This document shows, one piece after another, positions 26,431 through 34,565 of a DNA stretch of 34,565 nucleotides. Source of the stretch: a virus (taxonomy: Duplodnaviria > Heunggongvirae > Uroviricota > Caudoviricetes). Positions within the stretch are counted from its first letter, which is position 1, and each line of letters begins with the position of its first letter. Made by a program: the position numbers and the translations under genes. Under the pieces are notes generated by a model. It searched no databases, had not been told where the DNA came from, and saw only the letters and a program-made list of their open reading frames with translations. The stretch lies in IMG/VR virus record IMGVR_UViG_2537562189_000007. The stretch is one strand, 5' to 3'.

Positions 26431-27259
26431 GGCTTACCCCCTTGCTGACTGGTTTTACCTGTGCCCAGACGTGCTGCACGTGACGGGCAAATTTCTGCTC
26501 CCACTGAACCTGCGTGAAAACCTTCCCCTCTGCCATCCAGTAATCCCGGAATGCGGCAAGCTCAGCAGGTGTAAATTCCGGCTCAGGCAGAGCCATACCC
26601 CACACTGCTGCCCGTTGTCGAAAATCCGGCGACGGCTGCCAGACAGTAGTCATCGAAAATTTCCCGATGGGTTCGCTCAGGCCGTCCAGGTATTCAGGTT
26701 CGGCTGTCTGCAACGGCGCACCATTCGACTCACTGGTCGGAATACTCTCGCGCGCGTTATGTGTGGGGTTTAATTCTGTATCTGTATCTTTATCTGTCGT
26801 GACTTGTCGTGACAGATGCGTGACACGTCGTGACTCATCGTGACAATCAGCATTATGTTTCCGCAGCTTTTCCCGCTCCCGCTGCGCTCTCTTACGCTCT
26901 GCCGGGGATTTTGCCGTTTGCGAAACGTTACCATTGTCCTCTTTCAGCACCTGACGTTTTTCCCATCCGGAAATAAGGTCACCATCCAGAACCCGCCCCT
27001 GCATTGCATGCAAAATTGAATCAATTACGTCTTCCGTCACATCAAGCGCACTTGCTAAATCTTCCGTCGTGACATCAATGTGACCACGTAGTGACACGCC
27101 GTGACATGTCGTGACATTTCGTGACGCGCTCACCAGAAGGTGGATATACACTGCCATCACTGTTGCGATTGGCTGTCCTGATACCCTGGCAATCGTTCGC
27201 CACTTGGGGTCATTTGGCATGTCATGCCACAATCTGAGCCAGGCATTAGCCATACTCAC
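26222..27259 (-). CDS. Replication initiator (lambda O-like), carrying ori-type iterons
   Basis: 345 aa at the O position after ydaS/ydaT-like genes; two arrays of CGTGAC direct repeats at helical periodicity inside the coding sequence. Confidence 0.55.
   Translation of the reverse strand: MSMANAWLRLWHDMPNDPKWRTIARVSGQPIATVMAVYIHLLVSASRNVTTCHGVSLRGHIDVTTEDLASALDVTEDVIDSILHAMQGRVLDGDLISGWEKRQVLKEDNGNVSQTAKSPAERKRAQREREKLRKHNADCHDESRRVTHLSRQVTTDKDTDTELNPTHNARESIPTSESNGAPLQTAEPEYLDGLSEPIGKFSMTTVWQPSPDFRQRAAVWGMALPEPEFTPAELAAFRDYWMAEGKVFTQVQWEQKFARHVQHVWAQVKPVSKGVSHAASGGTASRAVQEIRAAREQWERDNGFISNGNGLEAVGAYGGGVFEPLDSEERGRTFEALDCPDWCDD
26777..26844. repeat. Iteron array 1 (5 x ~10.4-bp CGTGAC repeats) with adjacent tctgta repeats
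   Basis: CGTGAC ends at 26803, 26813, 26824, 26834, 26844; preceded by tctgtatctgtatctttatctg. Confidence 0.6.
27044..27124. repeat. Iteron array 2 (6 x GTGAC repeats plus one inverted copy)
   Basis: GTGAC ends at 27072, 27083, 27094, 27104, 27114, 27124 (spacing 10-11 bp); inverted CGTCAC at 27044..27049. Confidence 0.6.
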
Positions 27260-27321
27260 CTCTTCTGATACCGAACTTTACCCACGAACTTCCGGAAGAA
27301 ATCCGGTATAAATATTGTTGG

Positions 27322-27747
27322 TCAATGCACAACAACTGCATTACCAGGCTGACCACCACTGTTAGTCAGGGTGCCCCAGGCGATCGCTACAGCGACAAAA
27401 TCATCCACATCTTTCACCAGCCGATCCCGTCGTTCGACGATCTCCCGGTAATATTCAGAACTGTGACTGCGCATACGGGCCACCAGCAAAGGCGGCATCG
27501 CCTTTTCGATCGCCGGTAACAGCGCCTGAATTTTTTCAACAGCATCAGACGTGTCCTTCTCCACCCAGCGGAAAATTTTCTGGGTATTACGAGCCAGGGC
27601 TTCCGGATGGCTGTCGTCGTACAGTTCCGGGAACGTCATCCCCAGCTCGAAATAAATCCGGGCTATTTCAGCTGCGGGAACTTTCTCACCATCAGGATGT
27701 GCCCAGGCATTCATCGCCATGCGGATGTGTTCATGCTTGATTTTCAT
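27322..27747 (-). CDS. ydaT: YdaT-like regulator
   Basis: 141 aa beginning MKIKHEHI and ending VVVH, resembling Rac YdaT as recalled; downstream of ydaS-like gene. Confidence 0.65.
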   Translation of the reverse strand: MKIKHEHIRMAMNAWAHPDGEKVPAAEIARIYFELGMTFPELYDDSHPEALARNTQKIFRWVEKDTSDAVEKIQALLPAIEKAMPPLLVARMRSHSSEYYREIVERRDRLVKDVDDFVAVAIAWGTLTNSGGQPGNAVVVH

Positions 27748-27750
27748 GAA

Positions 27751-28032
27751 TCAACCTCCATCAGCCTTTTTGGTGTTAAGTTCATATTTGTGACGTGAAG
27801 GGGACGTGATTCCAGTGTATTCGGGCCATATAAGCTCCCAGTCATTAGGTCTCAATTCTCGTCTTGTAACATGTCCTCCAGTTTCTGCTTCTATCATCAA
27901 CGCACGAACAGGAGACACAGGTGAAGTTCCAGATGCCATTTGGGACAAGAAAGACGGAGACACACCAAGATTGGTCGCAAATTTTTTTGCTTCTCCAGTT
28001 TTTAATGATTTGATGAATTCCTTTAGCGTCAT
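27751..28032 (-). CDS. ydaS: YdaS-like Cro-type HTH regulator
   Basis: 93 aa with HTH and ...GHVTRRELRPNDWELIWPE; first gene of the rightward operon, divergent from the repressor genes. Confidence 0.65.
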   Translation of the reverse strand: MTLKEFIKSLKTGEAKKFATNLGVSPSFLSQMASGTSPVSPVRALMIEAETGGHVTRRELRPNDWELIWPEYTGITSPSRHKYELNTKKADGG

Positions 28033-28067
28033 AATTTTTATCTCAGCACATTTAGAACAAGTAAAAG

Positions 28068-28095
28068 TTTATACACAACTAAATAAACCAGTCAA
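28068..28095 (-). promoter_or_regulatory. Candidate pR-like promoter for ydaS, overlapped by an inverted-repeat operator
   Basis: Minus strand TTGACT - 16 nt - TATAAA; inverted repeat GTTTAT(N10)ATAAAC at 28067..28088 covers the -10 and spacer. Confidence 0.45.
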
Positions 28096-28099
28096 GTAT

Positions 28100-28128
28100 T
28101 TGCTTATTTTGCGATTACTAAAGATAAT
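28100..28128 (+). promoter_or_regulatory. Candidate pRM-like promoter giving a leaderless repressor mRNA
   Basis: TTGCTT - 17 nt - GATAAT; predicted start ~7 nt downstream coincides with the A of the ATG at 28135; no SD sequence. Confidence 0.4.
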
Positions 28129-28134
28129 GTATGT

Positions 28135-28506
28135 ATGGAAACAAAAGAGATTCGGCGTTTACGCCTCAAAGAGTGGTTCAAAGACAGGACTTTGCCGCCT
28201 AAAGAGAAAAGTTACTTATCTCAGTTAATGAGCGGTAAAGCTACGTTTGGCGAAAAGGCAGCTAGACGTATTGAACAAACATATGGGATGCCTGGGGGAT
28301 ATCTTGATATTGAACCAGAAGACATAACAGAGTCTCCATCATCAAGATCTATAGCATTAACCCCTAACCAATTAGAATTGCTACAAATATTTAGTGCTTT
28401 CCCTGATAATGAGCAGCAGGAGATCATAAAAGAACTAAAAAACAAAAAAGAGGCTATGGAAGATCTTGTCGCACGTTGGTTGGCACGACAAGGTCGCCGA
28501 GCCTGA
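28135..28506 (+). CDS. HTH repressor-like protein, paralog of the downstream PaaR2-like regulator
   Basis: 123 aa; N-terminal HTH; C-terminal 45 aa (LTPNQLELLQIFSAFPDNEQQEIIKELKNKKEAMEDLVARWLA) closely parallels the C-terminus of the next gene. Confidence 0.6.
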   Translation: METKEIRRLRLKEWFKDRTLPPKEKSYLSQLMSGKATFGEKAARRIEQTYGMPGGYLDIEPEDITESPSSRSIALTPNQLELLQIFSAFPDNEQQEIIKELKNKKEAMEDLVARWLARQGRRA

Positions 28507-28525
28507 CGGGATATATAGATATCAG

Positions 28526-28987
28526 ATGGGCGTACTCGAAATTAGTGCTCTTAGAATTAAGATGCTTCTATTGGCAAAAGGCTGGAGCCAAGCAGGACTT
28601 GCGCGCAGAATTGGTATTGCTCAACAATCCGTGCAACGGTGGGTTTGTGGTATCTCAAGCCCTACGGCAGCTAATCTAGATAAACTATCTGAAGTAACGG
28701 GACTTCCTCAGTATTGGTTTTTCTTACCATTAAATGAAGAAAAAAAAGACAGGGCACAGGATATATTAAAAATAACCCCTAATCAAAAGGAACTACTTCA
28801 AACATTTGAGGCATTTCCAGAGGAAGATCAACAGCAAATGCTTAAAGATATGAAGGAGAAAAAAGAAGCAATGGATCGTATAGTTGCAAGGTGGTTAGCA
28901 GCACAACAAAAAGTCAACCAAGCAGAATACCAGCACTTACAAAACGAGGTTCACCATGAACACAGCCCTTTCACCGATGGTTTCTGA
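28526..28987 (+). CDS. paaR2: PaaR2-like HTH transcriptional regulator
   Basis: Internal ATG 28526 (MGVLEISALRIKMLLLAKGWSQAGLARRIGIAQQSVQRWV...); directly precedes the antitoxin-toxin pair, as in three-component paaR-paaA-parE systems. Confidence 0.65.
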   Translation: MGVLEISALRIKMLLLAKGWSQAGLARRIGIAQQSVQRWVCGISSPTAANLDKLSEVTGLPQYWFFLPLNEEKKDRAQDILKITPNQKELLQTFEAFPEEDQQQMLKDMKEKKEAMDRIVARWLAAQQKVNQAEYQHLQNEVHHEHSPFTDGF

Positions 28988-29147
28988 ATTTGAAACTGTC
29001 GAGCAAGAAAACAGTTACAACGAATGGCTGCGTGCGAAAGTAGCAGCGAGCCTTGCAGATCCGCGCCCAGCAATTCCCCATGACGAGGTTGAGCGTAGAA
29101 TGGCAGAACGCTTTGCTAAAATGCGCAAGGAACGGAGTGAGCAGTAA
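28956..29147 (+). CDS. paaA2: PaaA2-like antitoxin
   Basis: 63 aa (MNTALSPMVSEFETVEQENSYNEWLRAKVAASLADPRPAIPHDEVERRMAERFAKMRKERSEQ), GAGG RBS; stop overlaps toxin start (TAAATG). Confidence 0.7.
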   Translation: MNTALSPMVSEFETVEQENSYNEWLRAKVAASLADPRPAIPHDEVERRMAERFAKMRKERSEQ

Positions 29148-29435
29148 ATGTTACCCGTGTTATGGCTTGAAAGCGCAGATACCGACTTGGATGATATAAC
29201 CAGCTATATTGCACGCTTTGACATAGATGCGGCAGAACGTTTATGGAAACGCTTAAGGACTTGCGTTCAGCCATTATCTGAGCATCCGTATTTATACCCG
29301 CCAAGTGACAGAGTGCCAGGTTTGCGTGAAATTGTAGCTCACCCCAATTACATTATTCTGTACCGAGTGACAATTTCAGGCATTGAAATTGTTAACGTAG
29401 TTCACGCCCGCCGACAGTTCCCTGTAACACCTTAA
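29148..29435 (+). CDS. parE2: ParE-family toxin (ParE2-like)
   Basis: 95 aa with ParE/RelE-like features (LPVLWLESADTDLDDITSYIARFD...IVNVVHARR). Confidence 0.75.
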   Translation: MLPVLWLESADTDLDDITSYIARFDIDAAERLWKRLRTCVQPLSEHPYLYPPSDRVPGLREIVAHPNYIILYRVTISGIEIVNVVHARRQFPVTP

Positions 29436-29452
29436 TCCCCCTAAAGCAAAAC

Positions 29453-29482
29453 CTTCCCCCTCTCAAGAGGGAGGGTTATTCC
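29453..29482 (+). terminator. Possible intrinsic terminator after parE2
   Basis: C-rich/G-rich hairpin (ccttccccctc tcaa gagggaggg) followed by ttatt; weak U-tract. Confidence 0.3.
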
Positions 29483-29627
29483 CGCCCATCAGTTAAGTTA
29501 GATATTGACCGTTTAGTTTATTTTTGTATAAACTAATTTCACCAACCCACCCTGCCCCACAGAACGCCAGGCAATACTTCGAGTTACCCGGCAGTGGTCA
29601 GGGGTTAAGTAGCCAGCCCGAGGCGTA

Positions 29628-29656
29628 TGAACATGACGGCGGGAACACTTTATATA
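29628..29656 (+). promoter_or_regulatory. Candidate sigma70 promoter
   Basis: TGAACA - 17 nt - TATATA, about 55 nt upstream of the 50-aa ORF. Confidence 0.3.
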
Positions 29657-29712
29657 ACAGCGCAGCAGGTTTTTAGTTCCGCGCCCCGGCGTTAAGGGGA
29701 AATGAGGTCAAC

Positions 29713-29865
29713 ATGGATACGCTCAATCTTGGCAACAACGAATCTCTGGTATGCGGTGTGTTCCCTAACCAGGACGGCACGTTTACCGCGATGACGTATA
29801 CCAAAAGTAAAAAGTTTAAAACCGAAGCTGGCGCGCGTCGCTGGTTAGCCAGAAACACTAACTGA
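29713..29865 (+). CDS. Hypothetical small protein (50 aa)
   Basis: ATG with GAGG 5 nt upstream; MDTLNLGNNESLVCGVFPNQDGTFTAMTYTKSKKFKTEAGARRWLARNTN; not in the ORF track. Confidence 0.3.
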   Translation: MDTLNLGNNESLVCGVFPNQDGTFTAMTYTKSKKFKTEAGARRWLARNTN

Positions 29866-30354
29866 TTAGCACCAGTAAAAACAGGTTGCCACTGGTTAAT
29901 TTACCCTGAAAAGTCAGGGCATAACACGAAAGCGCACGGCGAAGTTCGTATATCTGTACGGCGTCGTTAAATTTTCTTCGACCGTGCACTTCCGGTTGTG
30001 GCAATCCGCGAAATGGCGCGGCGGTAAGTATGGCTGGGGTTTCCTCCATTGCTCCAGAAAATGCACCGGGTTGTCAGGTTGACCATACGCTTAAGTGACA
30101 GCCCCGCCACAATACCCATGTGTAGTCTTTGGTGGCATCAGTTCTACTCCGTGACTGCTCTGCCACCCTTTTTAAAGTGAATTTTGTGATGCGGTGAATG
30201 CGGCTAAGCGCACGCGGAACAGTTAAAACCGTAAAGTGGTCTTTTACTGGCGTAACAGACATCAACTAACAATCCGGCGTTAATTGTTAACTGGTTAACG
30301 TCACCTGGAGGCACCAGGCACCACATCACAAAATTCATTGTTGAGGACGCGATA

Positions 30355-30543
30355 ATGGAAACGTCACTACCAAACGTTAATACGTCTGAAGGGTGTTTTA
30401 ATATTGGTATTCTGCTCAGTAACCGGGAGTTTACTGAGGACGCCATCAGGATGAGAAAATATGAGCCTTATCTTCTCAATGATAATTCCATACTCTCCAG
30501 AATTGCCCTTCTTGAACTTGGCATTTTCGGAGGGCAGCAGTGA
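30355..30543 (+). CDS. Hypothetical small protein (62 aa)
   Basis: ATG with GAGGA RBS; stop overlaps the next gene's GTG (GTGA). Confidence 0.35.
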   Translation: METSLPNVNTSEGCFNIGILLSNREFTEDAIRMRKYEPYLLNDNSILSRIALLELGIFGGQQ

Positions 30544-30728
30544 GTTCAGCGTTTGCACTGATGATGACGGTTTTTCTTATAACAGGTGAGCCACAGAATG
30601 TGATTACCGGAATTTATGCCAGTAAAGGATCCTGCCTCCAGGCAAGAGACGAGCAAAAAATTTCTGGTGAATGTCTCCCGTTAAACAAAGTATCGCTGTA
30701 CCTGAATAACGAAACACCGGCTGGATAA
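30540..30728 (+). CDS. Hypothetical small protein with hydrophobic N-terminus
   Basis: GTG start preceded by GGAGGG; MSSAFALMMTVFLITG... then two Cys (signal-peptide-like). Confidence 0.4.
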   Translation: MSSAFALMMTVFLITGEPQNVITGIYASKGSCLQARDEQKISGECLPLNKVSLYLNNETPAG

Positions 30729-30823
30729 CCCACCAGCCATATTAACGCCATACCAACGGATTAAAAATGCCAGCAATGGCAGGGATTCGTTCACCCTGAA
30801 ATCTGTAATGAGGTTTAAACACA

Positions 30824-33259
30824 ATGAGTAAAATATTTATTTGCGCCGCCATTCCTGACGAACAGGCAATAAAAAACGAGGGCGCTGTTGCTGTGGCCAC
30901 TGCCATTAAAGCCGGTGATGAACGTCGCGCCCGCGCAAAATTTCACTGGCAATTCCTTGAACATTATCCGGCTGCTCAGGACTGCGCTTATAAATTTCTT
31001 GTCTGTGAGGATAAACCCGGTACACACCGCCCAGCCCTCGACTCCTGGGATGCTGAATATATGCTGGAAAACCGCTGGGATGAGGAGTCTGCTTCCTTTG
31101 TCCCGGTTGAGACTGAATCAGATCCTATGAACGTCACTTTTGACAAGCTGTCCCCTGAAGTACAGAACGCTGTCATGGTTAAGTTCGATACATGTGAAAA
31201 CATCACCGTTGATATGGTGATTAGCGCACAGGAATTGTTGCAGGAAGACATGGCAACCTTCGACGGACATATCGTTGAAGCGTTGATGAAAATGCCAGAA
31301 GTTAACGCCATGTATCCGGAGATTAAACTGCATGCCATCGGGTGGGTTAAGCATAAATGTAAGCCTGGTGCCAAATGGCCAGAAATTCAGGCAGAGATGC
31401 GCATCTGGAAAAAACGTCGCGAAGGTGAACGCAAGGAAACCGGAAAATACACGTCTGTTGTTGATCTCGCCCGCGCCAAAGCCAATCAACAGTACACTGA
31501 AAATTCAACAGGAAAAATCAGCCCGGTCATTGCTGCCATTCATCGCGAATACAGGCAGACATGGAAAACACTGGATGACGAACTGGCCTACGCTCTCTGG
31601 CCTGGTGATGTGGATGCCGGAAACATTGACGGCAACATCCATCGCTGGGCAAAAAAAGAAGTTATCGACAACGACCGCGAAGACTGGAAGCGTATCTCGG
31701 CATCAATGCGCAAACAACCTGATGCACTTCTATACAGCCGTCAGACTATTTTCGGCCTTGTTCGTGAACGTCCGATCGACATTCATAAAGATCCCGTGGC
31801 GCTGAACAAATACATCACTGAATACCTGACTACAAAGGGCGTATTTGAACATGAAGAAACAGACCAGAGCCCTGCTGATGCTCTCCACCTGTCAGCAGAA
31901 CAAACTGATTCAGTGGAGACGGCAGAATCCGATACTCAAAAAAATGAAATCCTGGTGGAAGCTGAACCATCTGTAGAGCGTGAAGGGCCTTTTTATTTCG
32001 TCTTTACCGATAAGGACGGGGAAAAATACGGTCGCGCAAACAAACTTTCTGGTCTGGACAAGGCGCTGGCTGCCGGGGCTACTGAAATCACGAAAGAAGA
32101 ATATTTTGCCCGCAAAAACGGCACATACACGGGCTTACCGCAAAATACAGATATATCTGAACATTCAGAACAACCAGAGCCGGTAAAAGTTACCGCTGAC
32201 GAAGTAAACAAAATTATGCAGGCAGCCAATATCAGCCAGCCTGACTCCGATAAGTTGCTTGCTGCATCACGTGGTGAGTTTGTTGAAGGGATTAGCGACC
32301 CGAATGATCCGAAATGGGTGAAGGGGATTGAAACCTGCGATTCTGTGAACCAGAACCAGTCAGAAACGGAACAGAACGACCAAAAAGCGGAACAAAACAG
32401 CCCAAATGCGTTACAAGACGAGCCAGAAACGAAACAATCCGAACCAGTAGCGCAACAGGAAGAGGAAAAAGTCTGTACCGCCTGCGGTCAGAGCAGTGGC
32501 GGCAACTGCCCTGATTGTGGCGCGGTGATGGGCAACGCAACCTACCAGGAAACACTCGATGAAGAAAATCAGGCTGCAGCTCAGGAGGAAATGGAAGGCT
32601 CTGGCGGCGATCACTACCACACCACAGATAATGAAAGTGGCGAGACAGCAAATCCCTTAATTAAGGTGAACGGTCATCGTGAAAGCACATCCACCAGCAG
32701 GTTGTGGCACCATCTGATGATTGACCTTGAAACAATGGGCAAAAATCCTGATGCCCCAATAAACGCTCTGGCCGGTAAGTTTTTTGATCCGGCAACCGGA
32801 GAGATGGGGCCAGAATTCAGCAAAACTATCGATCTGGAAACCGCAGGCGGAGTCATCGATCGGGACACCATTAAGTGGTGGCTGAAACAGTCACGGGAAG
32901 CACAATCAGCCATTCTGACCGATGAAATCCCGTTGGATGACGCACTGTTGCAATTACGGGAATTTATCGACGAAAACTCCGGTGAATTTTTTGTTCAGGT
33001 CTGGGGAAATGGAGCCAACTTCGACAACGTGATTTTACGCCGTTCATATGAACGGCAGGAGATCCCCTGCCCGTGGCGTTACACCAATGATCGTGATGTA
33101 AGAACGATTGTTGCCCTGGGGCTGGTGATGGATTTCGATGCTCGAAGTGTCATCACATTTGAGGGTGAACGCCATAATGCCCTGCACGATGCGCGTTACC
33201 AGGCAAAATACGTTTCAGCTATCTGGCAAAAACTGTTCCCGAATCAGGCTGATTTTTAA
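30824..33259 (+). CDS. Multidomain exonuclease with C-terminal DnaQ-like (DEDDh) 3'-5' exonuclease domain
   Basis: 811 aa; C-terminal ~180 aa carry Exo I (LMIDLETMG), Exo II (VWGNGANFDNVIL) and Exo III (HNALHDARYQAKY) motifs; upstream acidic linker and a Cys4 cluster (CTACGQSSGGNCPDCG); occupies the recE/exo position of the early-left operon. Confidence 0.75.
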   Translation: MSKIFICAAIPDEQAIKNEGAVAVATAIKAGDERRARAKFHWQFLEHYPAAQDCAYKFLVCEDKPGTHRPALDSWDAEYMLENRWDEESASFVPVETESDPMNVTFDKLSPEVQNAVMVKFDTCENITVDMVISAQELLQEDMATFDGHIVEALMKMPEVNAMYPEIKLHAIGWVKHKCKPGAKWPEIQAEMRIWKKRREGERKETGKYTSVVDLARAKANQQYTENSTGKISPVIAAIHREYRQTWKTLDDELAYALWPGDVDAGNIDGNIHRWAKKEVIDNDREDWKRISASMRKQPDALLYSRQTIFGLVRERPIDIHKDPVALNKYITEYLTTKGVFEHEETDQSPADALHLSAEQTDSVETAESDTQKNEILVEAEPSVEREGPFYFVFTDKDGEKYGRANKLSGLDKALAAGATEITKEEYFARKNGTYTGLPQNTDISEHSEQPEPVKVTADEVNKIMQAANISQPDSDKLLAASRGEFVEGISDPNDPKWVKGIETCDSVNQNQSETEQNDQKAEQNSPNALQDEPETKQSEPVAQQEEEKVCTACGQSSGGNCPDCGAVMGNATYQETLDEENQAAAQEEMEGSGGDHYHTTDNESGETANPLIKVNGHRESTSTSRLWHHLMIDLETMGKNPDAPINALAGKFFDPATGEMGPEFSKTIDLETAGGVIDRDTIKWWLKQSREAQSAILTDEIPLDDALLQLREFIDENSGEFFVQVWGNGANFDNVILRRSYERQEIPCPWRYTNDRDVRTIVALGLVMDFDARSVITFEGERHNALHDARYQAKYVSAIWQKLFPNQADF

Positions 33260-33325
33260 TGTTCAACCCATATCGCCGCCCACCAGCTATAGTGGCGGCG
33301 GTCATGCTGTAAGGCACGTGACCAC

Positions 33326-33577
33326 ATGTACGAATTAACTCTATCGCCAGCAGAAATTCAAGAGATCACGAGATACGAACGGTATACAAAACAGCAACAA
33401 CAGTTAAGGTTGCACGGTATCCCATTTGTACCCGGTCCTAAAAACGAACCAATAGTTCTTCGCAGTGATGTCCCGCGCGGACTGACTGCGATACCGAAAG
33501 TATCTGAACTGGTTTCTGCTGACCCCGATTTTGAGGCGCTGAACAATGGGAAGACCAAGAAAAAACAAAAAAGATAA
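33326..33577 (+). CDS. Excisionase-like protein
   Basis: 83-aa basic protein immediately upstream of and overlapping int. Confidence 0.45.
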   Translation: MYELTLSPAEIQEITRYERYTKQQQQLRLHGIPFVPGPKNEPIVLRSDVPRGLTAIPKVSELVSADPDFEALNNGKTKKKQKR

Positions 33578-34565
33578 TGCACTACCGCCACGTGTTAGAT
33601 CGAATGGTTACAGTTACGTATGGAAACCCGAAGGAAGCACAAAAACTATAGGGCTCGGAAGAGTGCGGGAAACCACCATAGCTAAAGTCTGGCAGAATTA
33701 TGAACTGGAAAAAGCAAAACGCCACAACATAATGACCGTCGCTAAATTATGGCACATGTTTATGGATTCCCCCGCATTTACAGAACTGGCCCCCAGAACC
33801 CAAAAAGATTATCGGCAACATCAGAGGGCGTTGCTGGCAGTCTTCGGAAAAGTACTGGCTGATAATGTAAAAATTGAGCAGGTAAGAATTTTCATGGATA
33901 AACGGGGGATTGAGAGCAAGACCCAGGCAAACCATGAACTGGCAAGTCTCAGTCGTGTATACGGGTGGGGATATGAACGTGGATATGTGAAGAATAACCC
34001 ATGCAAAGGAGTCAGGAAATTTACGCTTAAAGCCCGCACTGTTTACATCACAGATGAACAGTATGCGGCGATATATGCGGAAGCAATACCACAGTTACGC
34101 ATTGCAATGGAGATATCCTATCTTTGTGCGGCAAGACTCGGTGATGTGCTCGAGCTGAAATGGCAGGATATTATGGATAAAGGGATCTACATTGAGCAAA
34201 ACAAGACCGGCACCAAACAAATCAAGGAATGGTCTCCACGATTACGAACCGCGATCCAGTTAGCCAGAAATGTATCTTCAGGCACATGTGAATATGTGAT
34301 CAACACAACCAAGGGCGGGAAGGTCATAGCTAAAACGCTAAACAACTGGTGGAACCAAGCTAAACACGCAGCCGAGAAAAAATCCGGCGTCCCGTTTGGG
34401 TGCAATTTCCATGACATAAAAGCCAAAGGGATATCAGATTACGAAGGAAGCAGTCGCGACAAACAGATTTTCAGTGGACATAAAACAGAAAATCAGGTGT
34501 TGATTTATGATCGTAAAACAAAAATCACGCCGACACTGGATTTGCCACTTGTGGTCAGCAAGTAG
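33546..34565 (+). CDS. int: Tyrosine integrase (complete)
   Basis: 339 aa with a tyrosine-recombinase C-terminal catalytic region (CNFHDIKAKG..., GHKTENQVLIYDRK with candidate catalytic Tyr); stop codon is the last triplet of the window. Confidence 0.85.
   Translation: MGRPRKNKKDNALPPRVRSNGYSYVWKPEGSTKTIGLGRVRETTIAKVWQNYELEKAKRHNIMTVAKLWHMFMDSPAFTELAPRTQKDYRQHQRALLAVFGKVLADNVKIEQVRIFMDKRGIESKTQANHELASLSRVYGWGYERGYVKNNPCKGVRKFTLKARTVYITDEQYAAIYAEAIPQLRIAMEISYLCAARLGDVLELKWQDIMDKGIYIEQNKTGTKQIKEWSPRLRTAIQLARNVSSGTCEYVINTTKGGKVIAKTLNNWWNQAKHAAEKKSGVPFGCNFHDIKAKGISDYEGSSRDKQIFSGHKTENQVLIYDRKTKITPTLDLPLVVSK

Noticed and set aside
26777-27124. Short regularly spaced repeats as a possible CRISPR array
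   Set aside because: Repeat unit is only ~10-11 bp with no spacers, lies inside a replication gene, and matches ori iteron architecture.
1-34565. Insertion sequences or transposase genes
   Set aside because: No transposase-like ORF or terminal inverted repeats noticed; the only recombinase is the phage tyrosine integrase at 33546..34565.

Overview
The whole window is one lambdoid prophage of an enterobacterial (Escherichia-like) host; no host genes are visible. The minus strand carries a single long operon from 28032 down to 1: Cro-like YdaS and YdaT, replication O/P-like genes with iteron arrays, a block of small accessory genes, DUF968, RusA, a Q-like antiterminator, a DNA methyltransferase, three tRNAs (Ile-CAU, Arg-UCG, Arg-UCU), a 269-bp tandem repeat studded with terminators where Stx-converting phages carry stx (no stx here), NanS-p-like esterase, a phage-21-type lysis cassette (pinholin, SAR endolysin, Rz/Rz1), a cos region, then lambda-like packaging, head and tail genes (terminase Nu1/A, W, portal, protease-capsid fusion, FII-like, Z, U, V, G/GT with the classic -1 frameshift, H, start of M). 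The plus strand carries the immunity/early-left side: two tandem paralogous HTH regulators followed by a PaaA2-ParE2-type toxin-antitoxin pair, a ~900-bp gene-poor region, two small genes, an 811-aa exonuclease with a DnaQ-like C-terminal domain, an excisionase-like gene and a complete tyrosine integrase ending at the window edge. A second ParD/ParE module sits as a plus-strand moron inside the nin-like region. All calls rest on reading the six-frame translations and the sequence by eye; no database search was run. The most interesting unexplained items are the terminator-bounded tandem repeat at the stx position, the duplicated repressor ahead of the TA pair, the twin iteron arrays, the exonuclease with no annealing-protein partner, and several small membrane-peptide ORFs inside the lysis region.
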